From Macrostomum lignano (taxonomy: Eukaryota): a stretch of DNA of 64,000 nt. Every line of letters starts with the position of its first letter. Position 1 is the stretch's first letter. The notes beneath the pieces are model-generated. The model was not told where the DNA came from, searched no databases, and saw only the letters and a list, made by a program, of their open reading frames with translations. This document shows, one piece after another, positions 1-10,676 of this stretch. A program made the translations under genes and the position numbers. The stretch covers positions 124,001-188,000 of the forward strand of contig NIVC01000764.1 of assembly GCA_002269645.1 (NCBI GenBank), in the 5' to 3' direction.

Positions 1-470
1 ATGGAGAGCTTTGAGAGGTCATACTATACTTGGTTCTACTGGTTTGTCGGTTTGTCCTGAGAAGCCTTCCAAGAAGCTTTTCAACCTGAAACACGTTCAG
101 TTCAACTCACCGAAAGCCACGGCGGTGGCAGCTTTCAACTTTCTTCGGTACATCCGTCGACAAGTCCACAGCGAGATGCAAGAGAAGAACAGCAGCACGG
201 TTAGTCCGCAGGCCACCGCGATCAGCGAGATCTTCAAAATTTCCAAAGTCTGATCTGTTGGTGTCTGCTGGCGCGCCAGTTTAACGTAGAGCACGCCGAA
301 TCGGCGGTAGAGCACGACCATCTGGTTAGACGACCATCTGGTTCTGCACAGTGATGGCCGGCACGATGCTGTTGTTCGTTCTGTCTATGGCATGGATGTA
401 GACGTCCGATCTGGAAGGAGGATGTTCCGGTTTGGATAACCGTTGGCCATCGCTCAGTTGTGTTACAACC
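1..470 (-). pseudogene. Duplicated, frameshifted copy of cadherin exon 15 (membrane-adjacent domain + TM), exon 410-111
   Basis: Near-identical to 24311-24007 (SDVYIHAIDRT...ILKISLIAVACGLTVLLFF...RRKLKAATA) with the same splice sites, but 300 nt instead of 305 nt. Intron flanks are much more diverged. Confidence 0.85.
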
Positions 471-736
471 AATCCATCCGTCTATATAATTTTTGTACGA
501 CTGACTTCCCCCAGTTTGTTTTTAACATTCGGATAACTATAGTAGAATGGCGTTAGACGAAAAAATTAATTGTGCAAAAATGTGCGAATTTATCGATTTC
601 CAAGCTAAGGATTTAGTGCTAACTGCCTCCAAAACCATTAAATCTTTTCAAAATCGGATTAACGATAGAATTGAGACACAGCATATATGGACTCAGCTGC
701 CAACTACATGTACATCACGGACAATTTAACAATGAC

Positions 737-2690
737 CGACCGATTTTCTAAACTCTCTGTTGTGAAGAGACCTGATGGCTCGGTCACAGAGAGCTCTGAA
801 GAAACTCTAGAGCTCATGCTCAACGGTTTCTCCCCTACATCTCCGACTCAGCAGGGCCCGCCTGACCACACCGTGGGAGGGCAAGGCCTGGCAAAGTCTA
901 TGATCACCAAAGACCGCATTATTAGAGCGGCAAGGTCCTTTAACGCCTGGGCCCGATGGCATCTACACAGCGTTCTTGCACGAGGCGGTGAAAAACCACC
1001 GCTTCCTGGACCTCCTCTGTCGTCTCCCTCGAGCTTGTGTGGAGCTGGGCTATGTACCAGTTGCGTGGAGATAGGCCTGCGTGGTCTTTATCCCCAAGCC
1101 TGGAAAGAGCGACTACCAATCGGTGAAGGCCTTCAGGCCTATCAGCCTTACCTCTTTCTGCCTTAAGCTCCTCGAAAGGCTGGTGCTTTGGCGCCTACTT
1201 TCGGTCGAGCTGAAGCGCTTCCCACTCTCGCAGAACCAGCACGCCTTCCGCGCGGGCAGGTCTACTGAGAGTGCCCTCAATGTAATCGTTGACTTCCTGG
1301 AGATCAGGGCCGTTCTTGGCAGCGGCTTTGCCCTCTCGCTTTTCCTGGACATTGAGGGGGCCTTCGACAACGTCATCTTCGAGGCCTTTTGGAGAGCCCT
1401 GGAATCCAGGGCCACGCACCCTCACCTTGTCCGGTGGATCATGTTCATGATCCGGAACCGCACTGTTGTGGCCCACCTGAACGGCAGCTCTCGAACAGCG
1501 CCTGTTCAAAAAGGGGGCCCTCAGGGCGGGGTCCTCACCCTCGTTCTCTGGAACATTGTCATGGATGAGTTGCTTTGCAGTGATCTCCATGACCCCATTC
1601 TCAAAGTTGGCTATGCCGATGATGTGACCGCAATATGCGCGGGCCCCTCGGTTGATACCATTAGAGATCTTCTGCAGGGCTTTCTGTGACGCTTCTCCTG
1701 AGCCAGAGGTACCAGTATAAGTTCACTATTCAGCCTCGACACGGGGCGAGTGACAGCTGGAGCGATTCTGAAGTCCACTGTTTCACTGACGGCTCAATGA
1801 GGCATGGTCTTTCATGCTTCGGAGCTTGCATCTTCTTCAAGGGAGAAGTGGTGTGGAGCTACTCCCAGCACACTGGACTCAACTCCAGTGTTTTTTCAGA
1901 GCGAGGTGCTTGCCAGGGGCCGGGGGCAGCTCAGCGGTCGGAAATGTAATTTTCACTCTGACAGCCAAGCAGCCCCTCGGGCCCTCTGCCGCAGCACCAC
2001 CAGCTCCAGATTTGTCCTGGACTGCAACGCCCTAGCTCAACGGGTTTGTGCTAGGCAACCAGGTGGAGCTCAGATGGATCCCGGGTCATGCTGGATCCTC
2101 GGCAGCGAGCACACTGACCTGCTGGCTAAGGCAGGCTCCGCCGGCGCTGTTGGGGCCGGGCCCGGGGGCCCCCATCCCCGCTTCGGTGATCAACTCCCGC
2201 CTTAAGCGCTGGGCTGATTCCGAGCATCTCCGCAGGTCGCGCGGAACCCGAAATTGCAGGCAATCCCGTGCTGCCGTCCCCTATCCCTCCCCCCTCCTGC
2301 GTAGAGCCCTCCTCAGGCTCAACTGCAGAGATCTCAGAGCAGTTTGCATGGCCCTCTCCGGGCATGGCTGCTTCTCTCGCCACCGCTTCCTCCAGGGCCA
2401 GGTACCCGAGGAGCGGTGCCCCTTCTGCTGCTCAGGCAGTGAAAACGCCGAGCACTTTATCTGCCACTGCCCGGTTTTTACAGGGCCAGGCCAAGGACCA
2501 CTAGGAACACTAGTCTAGTAGTCCTTGGGCCAGGCTCACTCACCTCGGGCTAAACCCCGTTCTCCGACGTTTGCAGGCCCAAGACAGGAAATCCTATTGG
2601 CTCACTGCGCTCCCCAAGAAGCGACACTGGGCTAGGGGGGAGGGGTGTACAAGGTTAGTCTCAAGACCCCTCTCAAACCACTCATTCTGC
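737..2690 (+). mobile_element. 5'-truncated, degenerate LOA-like non-LTR retrotransposon (RT, RNase H, C-terminal Zn knuckle)
   Basis: Motifs FIPKPGK..FRPISLTS, GGPQGGVL, GYADDV, FTDGS, SDSQAA, WIPGHAG, CPFC..ENAEHFICHCP across several broken frames. Related to but distinct from the element at 2958-8857. Confidence 0.9.
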
Positions 2691-3057
2691 CTATGTTTTC
2701 CTATGAGAAACTCGTTAACTTTGTTATTTAAAAGATTGATGTAATAATTAGCTCTCGTAACAGTTCGAAACCCTTTAACAAGACAAAATAAGGTTAAGAT
2801 AAATAACTCACCAAAAAATATGAACAAGCAATGCTCTAGAGCCGGCGCTTAGTAAAAAAAGGCTAATTTTGTGAGCTGTGCGACCTGACTCAGCTGCTCT
2901 GACAAGAAACTCAGCTTCCCGTACACATTCCTCAGCAGCGGTATCCTGTTCAAGGTTGACTTGACTTACTTGACTTAGCTGCAGGGCTGTCCCGGAGGGG
3001 ACACAGCGGGAAGGCGCGGGCGCCCATTCCGCTAGTCCCTGAACGGCCGACGCGTCG

Positions 3058-6000
3058 CTATGGACGGAGGGTTGGCGCCGCCCAGGGAGGTCCCCCAGTG
3101 TCGCCAGCAGCTATGGTGCTCTCTGGAAAGGAGAGTTCAGCCCTGCGGGTGGCCCGAAGGTAGCGCATGAGCTGATTAAAGTTTTCGGGTTTGCACGCTT
3201 CAGTAATAGATGTGTGTGGCCCGAGGTAAGTGAGTCTGGCCCGCGTGAATGCGGGACAGATGCTGACGAAATGCTCAGCGGTTTCGTCACCTGAGTTGCA
3301 GAAACTACATGTGGCGTTGGTGGCGTTGCCCTGCAGGTACTGGTGCCTGGAGAAGCAGCCGTGACCAGAGAGGGTCATGGTGGCAGCCCGGATGTCTCTG
3401 CGCGAGAGGCGCAAGAGGAGCTTCCGGAGCTGGTGAGAGGGCTGAGGGACAGCGCCTCTGGATTGCCTGCAGTTCGTGCGGTTCGCCCAAGTCGAGCGGT
3501 GCTGAGTCCTGATCCACGCTTTGATGCGCGAGTCGATGACACAGCCAGGAATCGGGACAAGAGGTTCGGGGCCGAGAGAGGAGCCGGAGGCACCAACTTT
3601 TGCAAGGGTGTCAGCCAACTCATTTCCTCGGATCCCCACATGCCCCGGAACCCACTTAAGGGTAATTTTGTTGGCGGAACCCAACATGTTGAGGAGTTTG
3701 ATACAGTCGAGGACTGTAGCAGAGTTGGTGCTGCAGCCACTGATGGCGTGCAAGGCAGCTTGGCTGTCCGAATGGAAAATGATGTTCTTACCAGTAACGC
3801 CAGTGGCGAGAAGCTCTGCAGTGCAGGAGCTGATGGCCAGAACTTCATTTTGGAAAACACTGGAGTTGACCCCAGTGTATTGAGCGTGGGTAGCGATGAC
3901 CCTCCCGTTCAGAAAGATTCCAACACCAAAGCCGGTGTTGGCTGACTGCTTAGAACCGTCGGTGTAGCAATGAAGCTCACCAGGGTTCCATTGGTCATTG
4001 ATGTTATCGCGCGAGTCGATAGCTACGGAGTAGCGCTGTCTCAGGTTGAGCGTTGAGGCAATGCCATCGGTGAAGACGCGATTGGCCTGACACTCGTTGA
4101 GAAAGTTGAGGCACAGATCGCTATGCGGGACAAGGTTCCGCTTAGCAGGTGCTCTCATGTAAATGAATTTGACGCCGGCATCAATTAGACGCCGCGTCGT
4201 TCTAGCCGCCTCACCCCTGATGAAGAGGTCAAGAGGCGGAAGATTAAGGAAGGCCCCCATGCCAGCAAAGGGCGTGGACCTGGTGGCGTTGCAGATGAGC
4301 CTACACGCTCTGCCTTGGATCGTGTTGAGCAGGTCTGCATGGCTTTTGACCTGGGTAGCGCTAACCCAGACAACAGAGGCGTACGTAATGGCAGGTCTAA
4401 CTACGGAAGTATAGATCCACCAAAGCCGCTTTGGGGATAGACCCCAAGAAGTGCCAAGTGCTCGTCGGAGCTGGGCCAGGATGGCTGAGGCACGCTTGGC
4501 TTTTGCTTTCACGTGGAGGACCAGTTGAGCCGGTGGTCAAGTATGACCCCGAGACATCTGGTCTGGTGCGCGAAGGCAATATCTCTGCCGTAGAGCTGCA
4601 GAGGACGTATGTTCCAGCGTAGTCTGCTGGTAAACATAATGGCAACGGTTTTGGGCTCAGAGAGTTCCAGACCATTGTCATTGGCCCAGGATTCTGCTTT
4701 GCGGATAAAGCTCTGCATCAGATCCCTGAGCGTGCTGGGAGACGGTCCTGCCACAATGGCCGTGACGTCATCAGCATACCCGACTTTGAAGACGGGGTCG
4801 GGTCGGGAGTCACTCAAAAGAGCGTCCATGACCAGGTTCCAGAGCGTCGGGGTGAGGACTCCGCCTTGGGGTCCACCCTTACAGACTCTGGTGGAGGCAG
4901 TTTGCCCAAGAAGTTGGGCAGTGACCGTACGGTTGGAGATCATGTAATGATCCACCGTATGAGGGTAGCATGAGCTTTGCGATTTTGAAGGGCCCTCTGA
5001 AACGCTTCAAAGATAACGTTGTCGAAGGCGCCAACAATGTCAAGAAAGAGAGCCAGAGCGTAACCGTCACCCAGTACCGCCCTTTCAATCTTCTCGACAA
5101 TCGCATGCAAGGCGCTGTCAGTCGACCTCCCGGTACGGAAGGCGTGCTGATTATTGCTGAGGGGCATCGCTGTCAGCTCGCAGGACAGCAGCCGCCAGAG
5201 AATAAGCCTCTCAGTGAGCTTAAGCATTGCTGACGTTAAGCTAATAGGCCGGAAGGCCTTGACGCTTTGGTAGTCACCCTTCCCAGGTTTGGGAATAAAG
5301 ACTACCCGAGCTTCAGTCCAGCATTTGGGAACGTATCCCAGCTGGATAGAGGCCCGCATAAGATTGCGGGTGAGTCTCAGGAACGAGGGTATCTTGGCTG
5401 CTTCACGAAGGAGAACAGGGTAGATACCATCAGGTCCAGGAGATTTGAAGGGTTTGAAGGTTCTGACCGCACGAGCGATTAGGTCTTCAGTGACAATGCC
5501 CGCCGCTAGGGTGGCTCCATCCATCGAATGGTTGGGCTCCGGTCTAGCAGTAGGTACCCTCGGGAAGAATGTGCTAAGCATATGCTGAAGCACTTCTTCA
5601 GGGTCTTTAGTAAGAGAGCCATCATCTTTTTTGATCATGGCTAATTTGGACATTTTGTCCATTGTAAGGGCCTTGACAAGCCTAGAAGTAGGTCTGTCTT
5701 GATCCAATTCATTGCAGAATTGGCGCCACTTACATTCCTTGGCCTTGCGCACTTCAGATTTGAAATTGCGGGAGGCTTGCCGGAAAAGCTCCATGTCCTC
5801 CGGGTTTCCGGTCTTCATGGCACGGCGATGAAGGCTTTTGGCCTTCCGCCTGAGTTTCCCCAGCTCCGGGTTCCACCACGGCGCCGAGGTCTTGCCTTTG
5901 TAGGCGCGAGCAGGACAAGCCGCTTCGTAGGCTTCAATAATGCAACCTGTCAGCGTCTCAGCCATATGATCCACATCCTCGCAGGTCTCAATCGGACGTA

Positions 6001-6796
6001 AGTCCGTGAGTTCCTGCAGGTGCAGATCAAGGGCAGCCTTGTAGGCCGCCCAATCAGTGTTGCGGATATTGCGTCTCCAAGTGATCGGAGACTGGGTTTT
6101 AGTGTCCGCGATGTTAAAGGCGATAAAGCAGTGGTCAGACAGGGAGGGCTCCTCAGACCAGACTCTCCACTCCTCAACTCTGTCAAAGAGTCTTGGGGTA
6201 ACGAGTGTGGCGTCGAGGACCTCGGTCCATCTGCCATTATTAAAGGTAGGAGTGCTGCCACGGTTGCAGAGCATGAGGTTTGTGTTAGAGATGAGGGCCA
6301 GAAGCTCCTCTCCTCTAGTGTTGGTATCTTTGCTGCCCCAGTGCTTGTGATGCGCGTTGAGGTCGCCCCCTAAGCACAGCTCAGCGTTCTGGGACTCGCA
6401 GTACTGCGCGAGGCGCAGTAAACTCTCAGGAGCAGGGTCTCTGTCGCCTGGGATATAAACCGAGGCAACAAGACACGTACGCGGAGAGAAATGATTAGAT
6501 TGGATGACGCAAAGGTCTCCATCAGAGAGATCAGTCCTCAGCCAAGCCTGGAGATGGCTAGCAGCGAGGATAGCCGCTCTAGGGCGACTGTTCCCCGGGC
6601 CACACACATAAAAATCAGAGTAGCCAGAGGGAATGTTGGGCAACTTACCGTTGCGCATCCAGGGTTCCTGGATCAGGATGAGGCCTGGCCTGTACAGCTC
6701 AGCAATCTTCATCAGATTTACTGACGCAGATACGCAATGCTGTAAATTAATTTGCAGACAGAATGTCGCTCCTTTGGCAGCGTGGAGCTTAGTCAT
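3058..6796 (-). CDS. LINE ORF2: APE endonuclease + RT + RNase H + Zn knuckle, two frameshifts (about 4950 and 4510)
   Basis: LIQEPW, GGDLNAHH, SDHC, SPGPDGI, FLDIVGAFD, GYADDV, YTDGSK, WVPGHVGIRGNELAD, CSFC..ETAEH..C. Confidence 0.93.
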
Positions 6797-6819
6797 ACTG
6801 TATTAAATGCAATTTCTGG

Positions 6820-8340
6820 CTAGAGCCCAGGGCCATCAAGGAGACTTGGACAACAGATCGTCCTCGTCCCAGGCCGCTGGGGCTTGACTGGGAGATGGGA
6901 GTTGGTCGACGTCCATGGCCTCCTCACCCCCACCGGCCCCCCAGCAGAGTCCTCAGGCTCCGATGACAGGATGGAGGAAGCTTCCTCACCTGCATCTTTA
7001 CCTTCAGACCCCACCAGGGTGGCCGAGGAGAGCTCGGATTCCGAAGACCCGGCCTCGTCCTCAACTCCTTCTCCGACTGGCAGGTTTGGTTCCCGGGGCT
7101 TGGCCGGAGCCGTTACCGCGGTCGCCGAACTGCTGCTAGCAGAGGGGCGAGACGCAGCTTTGGCTTTGGGATCGGCTTGCGCCTTTCCTTGGGCCTTAGA
7201 CTGCGCCCCGCTCTTGCCGGAGATGCCGGGGTTGGCAGTAGCCTTCCCTTTGGCAGACTTTCCTCGGCGCATCTTGAGCTTGAGGGCACCCAGCTGGAAA
7301 GAGGATCCATTAGGGTACCGACTCGCCCAAGTGCTGGAAAGGCCGAGGACAATTGAGTTGCCCGTCTCCCCCCTGCGGACTTTGCGGTGATACACCAGTC
7401 CACTAGCAGGGAGGTCGGGGTTCAGACGCAGTAGGACCCGGCGAATAACGTCTGGTCCAGCTGCGGTGCTCTTAGCAGGGACGAAAACCACATAGGGTAT
7501 CGTCTTTGGACGCTGGCCCTCGCGAAGAAAAAGAGCTCCGCCAAGGTCAGCATCCAAGGAGACCGTCGGTAGCCGCTGGAGCAGCTGCCGAGCGTCCTCC
7601 TCGCTGCTAGGAGCAATAAGAACGAATGTGCTTCGCAGCACCATCCGCTCAATGCCGATGGAGATTCCCTCCTCGACAGTCAGCTCAATCAGATAGGAGT
7701 CAACAGCACTCCACACTTTTTGAAGCTGATCAGTGGTCCAGTCCTGGTCGCGACCTTGGATGATCACTCCCGGGATTTTGGCCTTGGCCTTCGCCGCAAA
7801 GGTAGCTCCCGAAGGAACCTCCTTGTTGGCAGTGGCCATTTGTTGCGCCGTGGTTTCGGCCTCAGCAGCCGCAGCAGCATCTCCAGGGAGCGCCGCCGCT
7901 GAACTACCGGAGCTTCCACCGGCCGGCCCGTCTGGTTGCCTTGGGACGCCAGTCGCTTCAGCATCCATGGTGGACGCCGCCGCTTTGGCCCCCGCAGCTC
8001 CCTTCTTGGCCTGCCTTTTGGCGCGTTGTTTAGCGCGTTTGCGCTCAAGCCGAGCCCGCTGAGCTTCATCGGATCTGCCAGATTTGGCCGGTCCTTTAGG
8101 CTCAGAGCTCGCGGTTCCCTTAGATCCACCAGCGGAGCTGGCAGGTCTTTGGGTATTTTGAGTTTGGTAGCTCTGGTCGGATCTGCCAGCAGAGCCAGCC
8201 GGTCCTTCCTTTGCCACAGTTGAATCAGTCGGTTGGGATCTGCCAGCAGGGCCGGCCGGTCCTTCGGACTGAGGTTGGGGTTTAGAAGGGTCCCCGTCCC
8301 TAGAAATAGCTTGTTTATCCATAGTCGGCTCGAAGGCCAT
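6820..8340 (-). CDS. LINE ORF1 (506 aa, low-complexity basic N-terminus)
   Basis: Long open ORF ending 23 nt before the ORF2 start, after a GC-rich 5' UTR. No clear CCHC knuckle seen. Confidence 0.75.
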   Translation of the reverse strand: MAFEPTMDKQAISRDGDPSKPQPQSEGPAGPAGRSQPTDSTVAKEGPAGSAGRSDQSYQTQNTQRPASSAGGSKGTASSEPKGPAKSGRSDEAQRARLERKRAKQRAKRQAKKGAAGAKAAASTMDAEATGVPRQPDGPAGGSSGSSAAALPGDAAAAAEAETTAQQMATANKEVPSGATFAAKAKAKIPGVIIQGRDQDWTTDQLQKVWSAVDSYLIELTVEEGISIGIERMVLRSTFVLIAPSSEEDARQLLQRLPTVSLDADLGGALFLREGQRPKTIPYVVFVPAKSTAAGPDVIRRVLLRLNPDLPASGLVYHRKVRRGETGNSIVLGLSSTWASRYPNGSSFQLGALKLKMRRGKSAKGKATANPGISGKSGAQSKAQGKAQADPKAKAASRPSASSSSATAVTAPAKPREPNLPVGEGVEDEAGSSESELSSATLVGSEGKDAGEEASSILSSEPEDSAGGPVGVRRPWTSTNSHLPVKPQRPGTRTICCPSLLDGPGL

Positions 8341-8857
8341 GATAAAGGTTGGTGGGCTACCCTCAAAGGGGCGCGGTACCCACCCGGCCGCTCCACCTGA
8401 CCGGGCAGTAGGCCAATAGCACCCTCAAGGCTGGCCCGACACCAGGAGGGGGACCGCTTGCGACCGGACTACTCCCCGGCCTTCCAGCCCATCGGCACGG
8501 TCAACACCTTAGGCATTAGAGAGTACGTTGAGCAGTACCACGGCCTGCAGGTTGGCGAGCCAGACCCGCATACCCAAATTCGGCCGAAGCCACTGGATAG
8601 GGTCGCCAGCGCCGGAGCCCAGTCTGTCCAGCAGCCCTAGGGACTGCCTTGAACACACGCGGGGACGAGTACCCTGGGTCGACTTGCGAGACAGCGTGGG
8701 GGGGGGTCTGCGGCTGCCAGAGGCAAATAGAGGGTGCAGACCTCCCACCAGCCTTGACCTGCTGAAGATAGGGGCAGGCGTGAAGCATCGCAGACCTTAG
8801 CCCATGGGCCTAGTCTGTCTCATACTTCACTGGCATGCTGAATACGCCTTCGCGTGC

Positions 8858-9751
8858 CCTGTTCAAGGTTTGTCTTGTTCTCTAAAATTGAGGACAAATC
8901 ATGGACAGCCTTCTCTACCTCCTTTTGAGCAAGCAGCAAATGGCGCCGGTAGTCAAGAGTACTTTCATCTTGGAGACAGTTCTTCAGCCAAGCAAGTATG
9001 TTTTCCAGCTGCGAAAATGTGCACAACTTACTCTCGGGTACCAAATCTGTCGCAAACTGTTTTGTTTGACTCCACAGATGCTAGAGGTGGCTATCTCAAG
9101 TTCGTCAGCGGAGGACATATTAGTTGTGGAAACGTTACCTGCGAATTGGATGCATGCCTGAAAAAGCAGCTCAAGTAGTCCGGCAGCTGGTGCGTTAGGA
9201 CGTCTTGGAAGCTATCGATAACAACACTTTGAAGAAAAAAGATTGCATCCTCCTCGTAGCGACGCATGACACTCTCACGACGACTCTGGGCGGATGTCGG
9301 GGTGGTGGGCCGCTCCTCAGGAACTTTTTTATTCAAGTACGATGTCGCATTTGGGAAATGCTGAGGACAGCATCCGAAGTCAATTGTCGGAACTTTATTT
9401 TTTTACCTGATTGGTGTCCGAATCAGCAGATGCAGGTCGCTTCCGACGCGAGTTAGAATCCTGTGAGTCAGTAACGAAGAATCTCTCAACGAAATGGAGC
9501 GAACAGATTCTATAGTTGTACTTGGGATCATGGCGTATCTTTTCTAACTCAGCATCGGTCAACTCCCATGGAATAGCCGAAATCCACTTCTCTAAGAGCT
9601 CCGGCTGAGTGCGGGGAGGAAACTTATGGATACTAACAGTTGAATCCTTCTCGTATCGAGGCAGGTTGGTGACGCAAAGTGGGGGGCGCAACACTTGAAT
9701 CCCATCTTTGATAACAGTTGTTTTGGTATTATTTGAAGAATATGTTTTCAA
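8858..9751 (-). pseudogene. THAP-domain gene/transposase relic interrupted by the LINE; continues at about 2800-2944
   Basis: CVTN...IHKFP...EKWISAIP...RICSLHF THAP signature. Removing the LINE at its TSD joins NLEQ to KLSFLSEQL-like sequence left of 2945. Confidence 0.65.
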
Positions 9752-9984
9752 AGTTTCAGTTTTGAGCGTTTTTGAGTGTAACAGAGATTTTTTATTTTAG
9801 CAGGGTCTCTCCTTCCCTCTGGGTTTGCTTTCATATACTCATAGGCATGAATGGGAAACAAAGCGACGACTGCACAGGATAAAAAAGTCAGACTTTTCAA
9901 CTGGACTCGTTCAAATGAATCCTTTTCTTCTTCCCACACAGCTCGAAAAACGAGACTAACCTTGTACAACGGAGGGGTGGGGCA

Positions 9985-10309
9985 GGGTGAGTGTCGCTTC
10001 CTGGGGAAGCGGTCGAAGCAACCAAAGAGGATTCCCTGTCCGAGAGCACACCACTGCTCGCCCGGTACCCCAGGGACACTCAGAAACACCTGGGACACTT
10101 CTTCCCCAGGGACACCTGGGGAAGAAAGCTGATTTCTTCCCCACCGCCGGTGAGGAGGACCGCGCTGCAGGCGAGACCGACGGGTATCCCTGAGCGACAT
10201 CGCTTCAATGGAAGTCATTGGTCTCCAGGGGCTAGCGGAATGTGCGGTCTCCTCCGCCTCCTCGTTGCATCCGCCGGACGCCCCCTGCAGCAAAGTCAAG
10301 TAAGTCAGA
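9985..10309 (+). mobile_element. Short 3' fragment of a LOA-related LINE
   Basis: Degenerate CRF.GE Zn-knuckle start. 3' UTR motifs CAGGGGCTAGCGGAATG and CCCTGCAGCAAAGTCAAGTAAGTCA match the 3' end of the 2958-8857 element. Confidence 0.6.
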
Positions 10310-10676
10310 CCGTCTTTTAGCTGTTCATGTCCAAGTTGCAAGTCATAGCAGATGCATGTAAAAAGGACACTCGTAGAGTAGCCAGTAAATGTAAACGCGT
10401 CTGACTCTCGCACTGCCTGCAGCCCCTATTTGGTTCGTAGTTCAATTCCGTGCATTACAGTGTACATGTAACTTGGGGGCTTGTGCACAAAATCCCTGTC
10501 TAGATCTGCAAAACATGGCCTGGGTTGTCATGTAAATCACACAACACAAAGCCAAAGTCAAAGCTCAAGGCAAATCGATCGAATTTCAGTAGGCAAAGAC
10601 CATTCGGCCTCTCAAAAACAGTACTAAAAATAGCTCGTACGGTTGGTTCCCACCTTTTGCAGCTGCTTCAGCATCC

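Larger units (their letters stand above)
2958..8857 (-). mobile_element. Full-length LOA/Lian-type LINE (about 5.9 kb) with 13-bp TSD CCTGTTCAAGGTT
   Basis: TSD at 2945-2957 and 8858-8870. 3' tail (AAGTC/AAGT)n at about 2958-2978. Two ORFs: ORF1 and APE-RT-RNaseH-Zn knuckle. Confidence 0.9.

Noticed and set aside
3305-8223. Numerous antisense ORFs overlapping the LINEs (also in the RTE and Gypsy elements)
   Set aside because: Expected shadows of GC-rich coding sequence with no independent motifs.
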